Below are positions 32,592-50,660 of a DNA stretch of 64,000 bases, piece by piece (positions within the stretch are counted from its first letter, which is position 1; each line of letters starts with the position of its first letter). A program made the position numbers and the translations under genes. Source of the stretch: Eledone cirrhosa (lineage: Eukaryota); NCBI GenBank assembly GCA_964016885.1, contig OZ024756.1, positions 186,001-250,000 of the forward strand, written 5' to 3'. The notes beneath the pieces are model-generated. The model was not told the origin of the DNA. It saw only the letters and a program-made list of their open reading frames with translations, and ran no database searches.

Positions 32592-32810
32592 TTGATTTCT
32601 ATTTCTAACTCAAGCATATGGCCAGCAAATTTAGGGGCAAAGCAAAATTAATTGCACCAACCCCAGTACTTAATTGTGATTTTATTGACCCCAGAAGGAT
32701 AAAAAAGCAATGGTGATCTCGACAGGGTTTGAACTGAGGATGTAAAGAGTCAGAAGAAATACCACAATGGTATTCTATCTGATGTTCTACCTGATGTCAA
32801 TACTCTGCAA
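32592..32810 (-). mobile_element. SINE family 1-related, highly diverged copy
   Basis: TTTATTGACCCCAGAAGGATAAAAAAGCAA..GGGTTTGAACTGAG parallels the adjacent copy. Confidence 0.55.
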
Positions 32811-32820
32811 ATGTTTAATA

Positions 32821-33009
32821 ATTGTTTCTACTTTAGCCACAAGGCCAGCAAATAACCAGTCTATTACTGGTACTTTATTTTATCGACCCCGTAAGGATGA
32901 AAGGCAAAGTCAACCTCGGCGGGATTTGAACTCAGATCATACAGGGAGGTAACTCCATGCTTCAAAGCATGGCGTCCGACCCTCTACCAATACTGCCAAT
33001 CCACCGCCT
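32821..33009 (-). mobile_element. tRNA-derived SINE family 1
   Basis: Closely matches 17265-17451. Confidence 0.85.
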
Positions 33010-33276
33010 TTGTTTAATAATAAACTGATTATGGTAACACAAAGGCAAATGGCCAAGTAGTTATAGATTTTGGTATACAATTGTGAGTTCTATTCCTTGA
33101 CCAGTCCACTGGCAAAAATGAGTTGTACCAGTAATTCAAGTGGGATGAGCGGACTTGATACCCATTGTGTCTGTCTGAGAATTACGTTATGGTGTACATA
33201 TTTGTAGAATGATTGGTCACTTACACAGGAATTTCTGAATCAAGTGGAGTAGTCATTTTTGGAAACAAGGAAGGTC

Positions 33277-33865
33277 CAACAACAACAGAAATAGTACCAC
33301 CAACAACAACAGCAACATCACCACTACAACACCCCCACAACACCACCATCATCAACAAAAGCAACATCACCCCACCACCACAACACTACCACCACAATCA
33401 CCACCAACAACAACAGAAATAGCACCACAAACAACAACAGCAACATCACCACCACCATCATCAACAACATCACCCCACCACCACCACCACAACAACAACA
33501 CCACAATCACCACCAACAACAACAGGAACATCACCACTACAACACCACCACCATCAACAACAGCAACATCACCCACCACCACCACCACAACAACAACAAC
33601 ACCAGCACAATCACCACCAACAACAACAGAAATAGCACCACCACCAACAGCAACACCACCACCACAACACCACCACCACCATCAACCACAGCAACATCAC
33701 CCCACCACCCACCACCACAATCACCACCACCAACAACAGAAATAGCACCACCAACAACAACAGCAACATCACCACTACAACACCACCACCAACAACAGCA
33801 ACATCACTCCACCACCACCACCACCACAATCACCACCAACAACAACAGAAATAGCACCACCACCA
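33277..33865. repeat. Degenerate CAA/CCA minisatellite with recurring ACAGAAATAGCACC anchor
   Basis: Seen directly. Confidence 0.9.
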
Positions 33866-34807
33866 TGTTATTCTTCTAACCAACCATAGAACAATGGTTA
33901 CTTGATCTTCAGAAGATCTTCAGAAATTGTAAACCCAGCAAACCTATGTCAGCCAAATATTTGCTTTCATCTCACATCAAATAACTTGTAACACTTATTC
34001 TCAACAGTTTACGCTTGGATCTTTCTAGCAAATCCTTCAATAATTGTTTGGGTCAGGTGATATCTATTGAAGAAGTGATGTCCTTTCACAGTAGCTGTGT
34101 CCCCTTCCTGTTCTATGTGGTTGTTAGACTTGCTAAAAATAGCAGCCAAATCTCCCTCAAACTACACCCTATTACATTGAAGAAGCGATGTCCTTTTGCA
34201 GTAGCTCGATTCCCCTCTTCTACTGCTACTAAACCATTCAGAGAAACTCTCTACATGGTTGTTAGACTTGCTGAAAACAATAGCCAAATCTCCCTCAAAC
34301 TACACGCTACTACATGATCCTTTCCACTTGTGGATATGCTATACCTTAAAGACAGCATGATCAAGGCTTCAACACCTTTGATCATAGATTTGCTCAACTA
34401 GTGTTCACCTAGAACTAAATAACACTAGAGACCTCCACAGGTGAAACAGTGCCTCTTTAATTAGACAGGTGATCCAAGCTTTGAACACTTATATGTCTTG
34501 TATAAGATAAAATACAATGGCTACGCTACACAATTTTTTCCGTTCCTTCCTCTTCTCTCTATTTCTATTTTATCTTTTATTCTTCATTCTATCTTCTGAT
34601 GAAGGATTGTCTGAAACATAAAAACTTCCTACTATATCAAGCATTAAACTAATATATTTCTTCATTGTACTGTGGTGTTTGCTTTGTTGTTTCCATTTAC
34701 ATTTTACGCACACATACTTCCAGTTTTATTGGTCACAAGAATGCTTGTGATGAGCTTGTTTGAAGCGAAACAAGAAACCTGTATTTATCAGGCTAAATAA
34801 CCTCATA

Positions 34808-35147
34808 TCATCATTATCATCATCATCATCATTTTACGTCCGCTTTTCCCTGCTTGCAAGGGTGGGACGGGAACTGATTCTGGCTTGATTTCTACAGCTG
34901 AATGCCCTTCTTAACACTAACCTCATTTACAGTGGGTGCTTTTTTGCCGTGGCACCTCCACGACCACTTTGCAGTGGAATGATAGGGACCCCAGTCCCTA
35001 TCATCTCATTTCTACAGCTGAGTAAACTGGAGCAATGTGATATGAAGTGTCTTGCTCAAGGAAACAACACATCACCCAGTCTGAGAATTGAACTCACAAC
35101 CTTTCGATTGCAAGGCCAATGCTCTAACCACTAAGCCATGTGCCTCC
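34808..35147 (-). mobile_element. tRNA-derived SINE family 2 with RTE-derived tail
   Basis: Reverse complement matches 42463-42802, including the 11 bp hairpin (34979-35004) and the (GAT)n tail. Confidence 0.88.
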
Positions 35148-35489
35148 ATATATATATATATATATATACATATGTATGTTAAACTTAAAGGGTTGCATTT
35201 GTTTCATTAAGTTATCTGAGACTAAAACATTTACACCACAGAAGAGTAATTTTAGACATAAAATACCAAACACATGCACAAAAACTGTGGAACTGTATCA
35301 GCAACCAGGTTGCAGAGTGCCATGAAAATTTAGTCAGCAGGAAATATGTGATATATAAAGTTAACAGTATTTGTACGTTAATGGCTAAAACCTACAAAGT
35401 TAAATATTAATATCTCCCTTCTGAAGGGAAGGATATCGTGAGAAACTGAAGAGAAAAACATAAAAGATGACCAATGGTAGTAGACATAA

Positions 35490-35940
35490 GACTGACCAAT
35501 GGCAGTAGACTTAACATTGTCACCAGTAAAGACTGACCAATGGCAGTAGACATAACATTGTCACCAGTAAAGACTGACCAATGGCAGTAGACATAACATT
35601 GTCACCAGTAAAGACTGACCAATGGCAGTAGACATAACATTGTCACCAGTAAAGACTGCCCAATGGCAGTAGACATAACATTGTCACCAGTAAAGATTGA
35701 CCAATAGCAGTAGACTTAACATTGTCACCAGTAAAGACTGACCAATGGCAGTAGACTTAACATTGTCACCAGTAAAGACTGACCAATGGCAGTAGACATA
35801 ACATTGTCACCAGTAAAGACTGCCCAATGGCAGTAGACATAACATTGTCACCAGTAAAGACTGACCAATGGCAGTAGACTTAACATTGTCGCCAGTAAAG
35901 ACTGACCAATGGCAGTAGACATAACATTGTCACCAGTAAA
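35490..35940. repeat. 41 bp minisatellite, 11 copies (GACTGACCAATGGCAGTAGACATAACATTGTCACCAGTAAA)
   Basis: Units start at 35490, 35531, 35572 and so on; no unique spacers. Confidence 0.96.
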
Positions 35941-35993
35941 GAGCTGAAATTTCTTTGTGAGGAGATTGAAGAGCTAAATAAGACAAGAGTGAC

Positions 35994-36026
<33 letters not shown>

Positions 36027-36330
36027 GTATGTGTGTAGAGGGGGAGAGAGATGGAGAGATAGATATACATACATATCCCTCTATATGTATCTATACACAT
36101 ACATATATACACACACACACTCTATATATACATATATATAAATAAATATATACACAAGCACAATAACAACAAACACATAAACACACACTAATAAACTAAG
36201 ATAGAATACAATAACCAAAACACAGTCACCCAAACATGAACACACACACCAAACACTATACACACATGCAAACGCAGAGAAGACAAACATATATAAATAA
36301 ACAGATAAAATAAAAATGGCGTAGACATAC

Positions 36331-36487
36331 AATACAACAGGAGGAACATAATAGTACCACTGATGATGTTGCAGATGTGCAACGAAAGAACTTTGTTAGA
36401 CTATATATATGTGTTTATATCTATATTATATCTGTATTTTTGACCGTTGGTCAGTCAATCGTAAACATTGAGGACCGAATGAATTAA
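36331..36487 (-). other. Candidate host exon (157 bp), possibly 5'UTR plus start codon
   Basis: Branch-like TACTCAC, pyrimidine tract TTCTGTATCTTTTATATCTCCACAG|, donor |GTATGT; ends ATG TTC CTC CTG TTG TAT T. Confidence 0.35.
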
Positions 36488-36754
36488 CTGTGGAGATATA
36501 AAAGATACAGAAGCATAAACCAACCAAACAGTGAGTATGTTCTGTTATTATTTCTGGCAATATCATTACAACAATATGACCCTCCCCAAGTATAACAATA
36601 TATATATATACATACACACACACACACACACACACACAAGTTGCTGGAGGCCTGGAGGCCATGTGATGGATGATAATATTAAGCTTCGGAAATCTGAAAG
36701 TAGACATATTGGCTTTCTGTAATACTTGTGAGAATTGAGACTGGTGATATATTA

Positions 36755-37085
36755 TGGTGGTGGTGGTGGTAGTGGCGGTAGTGGCAGGAGTGGTGTGGTA
36801 GTGGTGGTGTTGATGGTGGTGGCAGTGTTAGTGTGGTTGTGTTGGTGTGGTGGTGTGGTGGTGGTCGTGTGGTAGTGTGGTAGTGTGGTGGTGATGGTAG
36901 TAATGGTAGGGGGGATTGAAAGAGGAATAGAGACAATGGATGGAAGACCTGGGTGAAAGTAGATGGGTGAGAGGGGAAGAGAGAGATGGAGAGGGGAAGA
37001 GAGAGATGGAGAGGGGAAGAGAGAGATGGAGAGAGGAAGAGAGAGATGGAGGGAGGGACGGTGAGTGAGAGAGAGAGAGAGAGAG
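36755..37085. repeat. GGT-rich and GA-rich low-complexity tracts
   Basis: Seen directly. Confidence 0.85.
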
Positions 37086-37400
37086 GATCATATTTAGAAT
37101 TGACAGCTATATACAGTGGTAATGTATACATAGATTTTCATAACTATAAATATACATTTATCATTACACATACACGCTTATAGACATATTCACATACGTA
37201 TGTAACAATACACATATGTATACACATACACAACATACATATATATATATGTTAGGTATTTCCGAAAAAAAAGCAAAGGAAAAAAGAGTGCTCTATGTAT
37301 AGAACAGAGCTATTTAATTAGAAAGTCAACAAGACAATATATAACTACTCCATTACCAAACGTTTCAGAACCCTAGACAATATTAATGAATGATCTAGAC

Positions 37401-38057
37401 CAAAGGTTCTCAACGGGGTGCTAAGGGGGCGCTGGCCAAATTGAATGTCATCGAAAAGAATCTTTGTTGACGGGAATTCTATAATTTTCCTAGTGTTGCC
37501 AATGTTCAAAACATTGTAAGCGATGACCAACTCCAAATTTATACCACTCACCTCCGTGCGCTACAAGACAACATGAGAGAATGGTTTGTCGACCTTTTGT
37601 AGATGGACATCCCAATGTGGATAGCAGATCCCTTCATAGTTACCGTTGATGATTTGTACGTTAAATTTCAGGAAGAATTCATTGAACTTTAAGCAGGTGA
37701 TATGATCAAAATTAGATTTCCCAAAATAGGTGAACTCCTTTTTGGATGCAAGAGGAAATTCAGCATCGATTTCCACACATACATGCAGACGCTAAGAGAT
37801 TTGCTCTGCCTTTTCCAAGCTCATACTTAGTCGAGAGGGGGTTTGGTGCTGTTTCCAGACTGTACAGTAAGGCTCGCAACCGCTACAATGTAATTACGCG
37901 TGGAGATCTCCGGCTACATCTTACAAAAATCCAGCCTGGCGTCAAGGAGTTAGCTAGACTCCATGAAGCTCAAGGGTCACATTGAAATAAGGTCAAAGTT
38001 AAAGTGATTTCGAGGGACAAAAGGGGGCGTTTGGCCTAAATGGGTTGAGAACCTGTG
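37401..38057 (+). mobile_element. Internally deleted hAT DNA transposon (Buster/Charlie type)
   Basis: TIRs CAAAGGTTCTCAAC / GTTGAGAACCTGTG; 8 bp TSD with central TA (ATCTAGAC 37393-37400, ATTTAGAC 38058-38065). ORF 37746-37985 has the hAT dimerisation-domain motif FPSSYLVERGF..K.RNR..DLRL.LT.IQP....SH. Confidence 0.88.
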
Positions 38058-38140
38058 ATTTAGACGTATATTAATATCGTCTAGAGTCCTGAAACCTTTG
38101 GTAATGGAGTAGTTATATATTGTGTTGTTCAATTTCTAAT

Positions 38141-38182
<42 letters not shown>

Positions 38183-38224
38183 GAAGGAAATGGTAGTTTA
38201 CTTGAAGCATTGCGTAGTGAGGTA

Positions 38225-38656
38225 TAAACGTTTGAAGTTAGAAGGCCAGAACAATGCAGGTATGGATATAGAATATAAATACAAATGCAAAAGATATCGC
38301 TGACAATTAGTCTTTTACCTTCAATTTATTTGAATATCCTGATATTTCGAGATAATATCTCTTCTTCAGAGGGAGGTAAAGGGGTTAATCCAGTGTTCTA
38401 ATTATCTTGCCAATTCATGCCTGTCAACATGACTTGGCAAGCTATCTATGAGCATGTATATGTAGTTCACCTTATTGGTTAATTAGAACACTGGATTAAC
38501 CCCTTTACTTCCCTCTGAAGAAGAGATATTATCTCGAAATATCAGGATATTCAAATAAATCTAAGGTAAAAGACTAATTGTCAGCGATATCTTTTGCATT
38601 TGTATTTATATTCTATATCCATACCTGCATTGTTTTGGCCTTCTAACTTCAAACGT
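38225..38656. repeat. Fold-back inverted repeat (~178 bp arms) carrying minimal hammerheads, family H4 (38338-38372 minus, 38512-38546 plus)
   Basis: CCT-CTGAAGA-A-GAGAT-ATT-ATCTC-GAAA-TA-TC-AGG; arms 38225-38404 and 38480-38656 are reverse complements with few mismatches. Confidence 0.8.
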
Positions 38657-38797
38657 ATATATATATATTTATCAATAAGCTGAACTACATATACATGCTC
38701 ATAGATGGATACACACATACATCATCCTCATTTAATGTCCATTTTCCATGATAGCAATATATATAAATGTATATATATATATATATATATACTCAGT

Positions 38798-39232
38798 ATC
38801 ATCATCATCATCATCGTTTAACATATATCCTCCACGTTAGCATGGGTTAGACGGGAGTTGTCCCACTTGAGGCAACGTTGGTCGGGTGACCGTGTCTTGC
38901 TCATAGAGGACCATCTGGCAGGTTTTCTACGGCTGGATGCCCTTCCTAACACCAACCACTTTACAGTGTGGAACTGGGAACTTTTTACCATGTTACCTAC
39001 ACGTCCACATGACAGCCGTGGACTGTGTGTTTTTTTTTGTCGTGACACCTACACGACCTTGATTTCATTATCTCATTTATTTGGACTGGATGTTGTGGTA
39101 CCAACTTTACAGAGAGAGGGTGGTGTTAGTGGGAGTGGGAGGATAGGGTAGCGATAGTGGATTGGGGTGTATATTTGGTTGAGAGGTGCCTACTGATTGT
39201 AGGTTTCACTTTGTACATAGGCAAGGCGGGTC
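38798..39232 (-). mobile_element. Older RTE family A-related 3'UTR fragment
   Basis: (CAT)n, TCCCACTTGAGGCAA, GGATGCCCTTCCTAACACCAACC; ends at AAGGCGGGTC (ORF end). Confidence 0.85.
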
Positions 39233-39464
39233 CATACACAGACACTCACATATATGTGTATGTGTTATATTAACCAGCAAGACAAAGTGCTGCTGCTGAT
39301 GATGATGTAGAGGCTGATATGCCATCCCTAAAGGGCCAATATAGAGGGTATATAGGCTTTTGACTCACTGAATCTGTAGATTGTGGATTTATATCATCGT
39401 TTTTAATGCCAACCTAGACAAATTTAGGCGCCAAACCTGTTATAAATATTTCTTGGAGTTGTAT

Positions 39465-39585
39465 GGCTTGGTGGTTCAGTTGATGGACTTACAATCTTAA
39501 TGCTGTGGATTAGACCAAGTTGTGTGTTGTATTCTCGAGCAAAATACTTTGTTTCATGTTACTTCAGTTTACTTAATTGAAAACA
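39465..39585 (+). mobile_element. Diverged SINE family 2-like head
   Basis: TGGCTTGGTGGTT...CTCGAGCAAAATACTTTGTTTCA. Confidence 0.45.
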
Positions 39586-40116
39586 ACGAATATTGGTAAC
39601 AACTGGGAGTTTAACCCTGCCAAGAGCCGGCATCATGTCCATGAGAAGTCTTGTACTCTTAGTCGCTTAACATGAAGGAAACCAGGGACAAGGGCTGACC
39701 TTGAAATAGTCAGACTTAGAGATTTAGACATGAATGTCTCAGTTAAATACTGACCTCTTAGTACTTCACTGCACATATGTGCAGTCGAGACTGCATTCCT
39801 CGATGCATATGTGTAGACAAGACTTCATTTATTGCTGCACATAGATGCAGGCAAGACTGCATTCCTCATTTCACATAGGTGAGGGCAAGACTGTATGGTT
39901 AATGGGTTTGCTTTGCATCAACTTGGTTCTAAGTTTAACTGCATGCCACCTTGGACAAAGTATCTACTATAGCCTTGGCTTGACCAATGCCCCTCGAGTT
40001 GAAATTGGAAGATGGAAACTTCACAAGCCTGCTACGTGTGTGTTGGCCACAGTCTGATGAGTGAAATTAATAAAAGATTTCACAGTAACACATTGACACA
40101 CAACAATAACAGCAAT

Positions 40117-40310
40117 GCAGCGGTGAATTGGCAGTATCGGTAGAGGGTCGGACGCCATACTTTGAACCATAGAGTTACGGCCCTTGCCATTCTGAGTTCA
40201 AATCCCGCTGAGGTTAACTTTGCCTTTCAACCTTACAGGAGTCGATAAAATATAGTACCAGTAATGCACTGGAGTAATTGCTAGCCTTGTGCCAAAAGTA
40301 GAAACAATTA
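40117..40310 (+). mobile_element. tRNA-derived SINE family 1
   Basis: A box TGGCAGTATCGG, B box GAGTTCAAATCC; matches the minus-strand copies. Confidence 0.85.
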
Positions 40311-40311
40311 T

Positions 40312-40423
40312 ATAGTAGTGAAAGAGTGAAGAATAACATGGTCGACTGTACAAAAAGGGTCTTATTTACAGTATTACAGTATTGTACAGCCGACCATGTT
40401 ATTCCTCACTCTTTCACTACTAT
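40312..40423. repeat. 42 bp inverted repeat with 28 bp spacer
   Basis: 40312-40353 versus 40382-40423, two mismatches. Confidence 0.85.
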
Positions 40424-40577
40424 TACTCCAAGAATGACCTGCATGGGCCTCGCAAACTCGATACCTAACTAAGGAAACCTCTTTTTCAGTCAAACAACGT
40501 CGTGCGTTAAAACTATCCATAGTACAGAGTACTCACAACCTCTAACTGGATTACCTAAAACGATAACTTGTTATCAA

Positions 40578-41392
<815 letters not shown>

Positions 41393-41458
41393 TATATATA
41401 TATGTATATATATATATACATATATATATATATACAATATATATATATATATATATAC

Positions 41459-41531
<73 letters not shown>

Positions 41532-41538
41532 CATATAT

Positions 41539-41618
<80 letters not shown>

Positions 41619-41641
41619 CATATATATACTACATATATATG

Positions 41642-41673
<32 letters not shown>

Positions 41674-41749
41674 ATAGGTATATATATATATGTATATATA
41701 TATATATGGGTACATGCTGAAGCATATAAACAATATGCCCCCCCCCCCC

Positions 41750-42026
41750 CACCGCAAGGTGGTCGTGGAGGTGCCACGGCAAAAAAGCACCCAGCCCACA
41801 CTGTAAAGTGGACGTGTAGGCGCCACGAAAAAGCACCCAGCACTCACTGTAAATGAGGTTGGTGTTAGGAAGGGCATCCAGCTGTAGAAATCAAGCCAGA
41901 TCAGTTCCTGTATGAGCAAGGCATGGTCAGCCGACCAGACACTGCCCACAACAGGACAACCCGTCTAACCCATGCTAGCATGGAAGAACGGACGGTAAAA
42001 GCGGTGATGATGATGATGATGATGAT
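41750..42026 (+). mobile_element. SINE/RTE 3' module fragment with (GAT)n tail
   Basis: Shares GTGGTCGTGGAGGTGCCACGGCAAAAAAGCACCCAG and GGTTGGTGTTAGGAAGGGCATCCAGCTGTAGAAATCAAGCCAG with SINE family 2, but has a different RTE-type tail. Confidence 0.8.
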
Positions 42027-42110
42027 GTATGTAAAAATATATGTGTATATATATATATATGTGTATATATATATATATGTGTATATATATATATATATGT
42101 GTATATATAT

Positions 42111-42150
<40 letters not shown>

Positions 42151-42311
42151 TGTTATACTTTGGAGGGTCATGTTGCCAATAAGAAACACACGCACCAGTT
42201 GCTTTCACTTCATGAATAACAATATCGGTTTCAACACACGATTTCAGATAAAGAATCTTGCTAAAACAAATTCAGAAAAGAAATAGATATATATATGTGT
42301 ATATATATGTG

Positions 42312-42455
<144 letters not shown>

Positions 42456-42462
42456 GTGTATA

Positions 42463-42801
42463 CATGGCTTAGTGGTTAGAGCATTGGCCTTGCAATCGAA
42501 AGGTTGTGAGTTCAATTCTCAGACCGGGTGATGTGTTGTTCCTTGAGCAAGACACTTTATTTCACGTTGGCTCCAGTTTACTCAGCTGTAGAAATGAGAT
42601 GATAGGGACTGGGGTCCCTATCATTCCACTGCAAAGTGGTCGTGGAGGTGCCACGGCAAAAAAGCACCCAGCACTCACTGTAAATGAGGTTGGTGTTAGG
42701 AAGGGCATCCAGCTGTAGAAATCAAGCCAGAATCGGTTCCTGTCCCACCCTTGCAAGCAGGGAAAAAGCGGACGTAAAATGAAATGATGAAATGATGATG
42801 A

Positions 42802-42802
<1 letters not shown>
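42463..42802 (+). mobile_element. tRNA-derived SINE family 2 (tRNA head, CORE-like segment, hairpin, shared module, RTE-B tail)
   Basis: A box TGGCTTAGTGG, B box GAGTTCAATTC, CCTTGAGCAAGACACTT..CTCAGCTGTAGAAATG, hairpin 42599-42624; tail matches 45601-45656. Confidence 0.88.
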
Positions 42803-42866
<64 letters not shown>

Positions 42867-42914
42867 ATATATATATATATAATATATATATATATATATG
42901 TGTATATATATATA

Positions 42915-42953
<39 letters not shown>

Positions 42954-43095
42954 GTGTGTATATATATATATATAATATATATTTTTATATATATATATAT
43001 ATATATGTGTATATATATATATATATATATACACATATATATGTATATATATATATAATATTATATATATATATACACACACTTATAATATATAT

Positions 43096-45732
<2,637 letters not shown>

Positions 45733-45735
45733 ATA

Positions 45736-45955
<220 letters not shown>

Positions 45956-45975
45956 TATAATATTATATATACATA

Positions 45976-46213
<238 letters not shown>

Positions 46214-46258
46214 TATATACACATATATATATACACATATATACATATATATATACAC

Positions 46259-46289
<31 letters not shown>

Positions 46290-46312
46290 CATATATATAT
46301 ACATATATATAT

Positions 46313-46357
<45 letters not shown>

Positions 46358-46370
46358 TATATACAAACAC

Positions 46371-46403
<33 letters not shown>

Positions 46404-46410
46404 TATATAC

Positions 46411-46679
<269 letters not shown>

Positions 46680-46736
46680 CATATATACATATATATATAT
46701 ACATATATACATATATATATATATATACATATATAC

Positions 46737-46783
<47 letters not shown>

Positions 46784-46798
46784 CATATATATATATAC

Positions 46799-47140
<342 letters not shown>

Positions 47141-47309
47141 CATATATATATATATAGATATATATATATACATATATATATATTCACATATATATAGATA
47201 TATATATATATATACATATATATATATTCACATATATATAGATATATATATACACATATATATATATTCACATACATATAGATATATATATATATACACA
47301 TATATATAG

Positions 47310-47344
<35 letters not shown>

Positions 47345-47530
47345 GATATATATACATATATATACATAAATATATATATATATATATATACATAAAGATA
47401 TATATATATATATAGATATATATATATATACATATATATATATAGATACATATATATATATAGATACATATATATATATAGATACATATATATATTTATA
47501 TACATATATATATATATACATATATATATA

Positions 47531-47625
47531 CCCCGTCGGAGTCTCACTGGTTCCTATTACCCACTCTACTACCCCAAGTATTGAGTACTTTGGTGCGTTA
47601 TGGTCCACCTGGTTCTTTACCCCAT
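47531..47625 (+). mobile_element. Short H5-family element fragment (also 49548-49645, 52994-53175, 59162-59297)
   Basis: Shared CTGGTTCCTATTACCCACTCTACTACC..AAGTATTGAGTACTTTGGTGCGTTATGGTCCACCTGGTTC. Confidence 0.8.
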
Positions 47626-47658
47626 TATATACATATATATATATATATACACATATAA

Positions 47659-47737
<79 letters not shown>

Positions 47738-47748
47738 CAAATATATAC

Positions 47749-47785
<37 letters not shown>

Positions 47786-47872
47786 CATATATATATACAC
47801 ATATATATATACACATATATACATATATATATACACATATATATATACACATATATACATATATATATACAC

Positions 47873-47903
<31 letters not shown>

Positions 47904-47934
47904 CATATATATATACACACATATATATATACAA

Positions 47935-47975
<41 letters not shown>

Positions 47976-48012
47976 TATATACATATATATATATATATAC
48001 ATATATATATAC

Positions 48013-48333
<321 letters not shown>

Positions 48334-48345
48334 CATATATATATA

Positions 48346-48428
<83 letters not shown>

Positions 48429-48487
48429 CATATATACATATATATATATATACATATATACATATATATATATATATACATATATAC

Positions 48488-48757
<270 letters not shown>

Positions 48758-48937
48758 TCACATATATATAGATATATATATATATATACATATATATATA
48801 TTCACATATATATAGATATATATATACACATATATATATATTCACATATATGTAGGAGGTGAGTTTTATTGTAGTACAATAAAGCAATGCAGATATCGGA
48901 TAAGAAGCACTCTACAGTTTGTGGGACTGGAGTATGC

Positions 48938-49270
48938 ATAATATAAGATCAAAAGATGGTTAAAGGAGTTCAATATATTTTATTATGCGCATTTCAAAAA
49001 CAAACATCATCAAACAATAATATTTGTGTTTTCATCAGATAAACAGGAGAACATGATATGAAGGCTAAAAAAAAACACTTGTTGATAGTGCAGTTTTGAT
49101 ATGTTGATTTAAAACTGCACTATCAACAAGTGTTTTTTTTAGCCTTCATATCATGTTCTCCTGTTTTATCTGATGAAAACACAAATATTATTGTTTGATG
49201 ATATTTGTTTTTGAAATGCGCATAATAAAATATATTGAACTCCTTTAACCATCTTTTGATCTTATATTAT
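48938..49270. repeat. Fold-back palindrome of the H1 element with two complete hammerheads (48976-49045 minus, 49162-49232 plus)
   Basis: ~160 bp arms around a 13 bp spacer (49098-49110); both arms keep CTGATGA..GAAA-TGCGCA-TA. Confidence 0.9.
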
Positions 49271-49504
49271 ATTCACATATATATAGATATATATATATAT
49301 ACACATATATATAGATATATATATATATACACATATATATATATATAGATATATATACATATATATACATAAATATATATATATATATATACATAAAGAT
49401 ATATATATATATATAGATATATATATATATACATATATATATATAGATACATATATATATATAGATACATATATATATATAGATACATATATATATTTAT
49501 ATAC

Positions 49505-49535
<31 letters not shown>

Positions 49536-49675
49536 CATATATATATACCCCGTCGGAGTCTCACTGGTTCCTATTACCCACTCTACTACCCCAAGTATTG
49601 AGTACTTTGGTGCGTTATGGTCCACCTGGTTCTTTACCCCATTATATACATATATATATATATATACACATATAA

Positions 49676-49758
<83 letters not shown>

Positions 49759-49799
49759 CATATATATATACATATACATATATATATATATACATATAC

Positions 49800-49859
<60 letters not shown>

Positions 49860-49861
49860 AC

Positions 49862-49932
<71 letters not shown>

Positions 49933-49939
49933 CATATAC

Positions 49940-49988
<49 letters not shown>

Positions 49989-50001
49989 CATATATATATA
50001 C

Positions 50002-50145
<144 letters not shown>

Positions 50146-50166
50146 ATATATATATATATTCACATA

Positions 50167-50328
<162 letters not shown>

Positions 50329-50329
50329 C

Positions 50330-50383
<54 letters not shown>

Positions 50384-50390
50384 TCATATA

Positions 50391-50423
<33 letters not shown>

Positions 50424-50475
50424 TCACATATATATATATATACATATATATATATTCACATATATATATATATAC

Positions 50476-50535
<60 letters not shown>

Positions 50536-50549
50536 TCACATATATATAT

Positions 50550-50596
<47 letters not shown>

Positions 50597-50660
50597 CATA
50601 TATATATACACATATATATATATATATGTGCACATATATATATATTCACACATATATATA

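Noticed and set aside
35490-35940. CRISPR-like appearance of the 41 bp array
   Set aside because: Head-to-tail units with no unique spacers, no cas genes, eukaryotic context.
39770-39895. Three to four degenerate ~34 bp units (GCACATA..GCAAGACTGCATTCCTC)
   Set aside because: Too decayed to interpret beyond an old minisatellite.
42463-42530. tRNA gene
   Set aside because: A and B boxes continue into SINE body and tail, and no full cloverleaf forms; the same applies to the other SINE heads.
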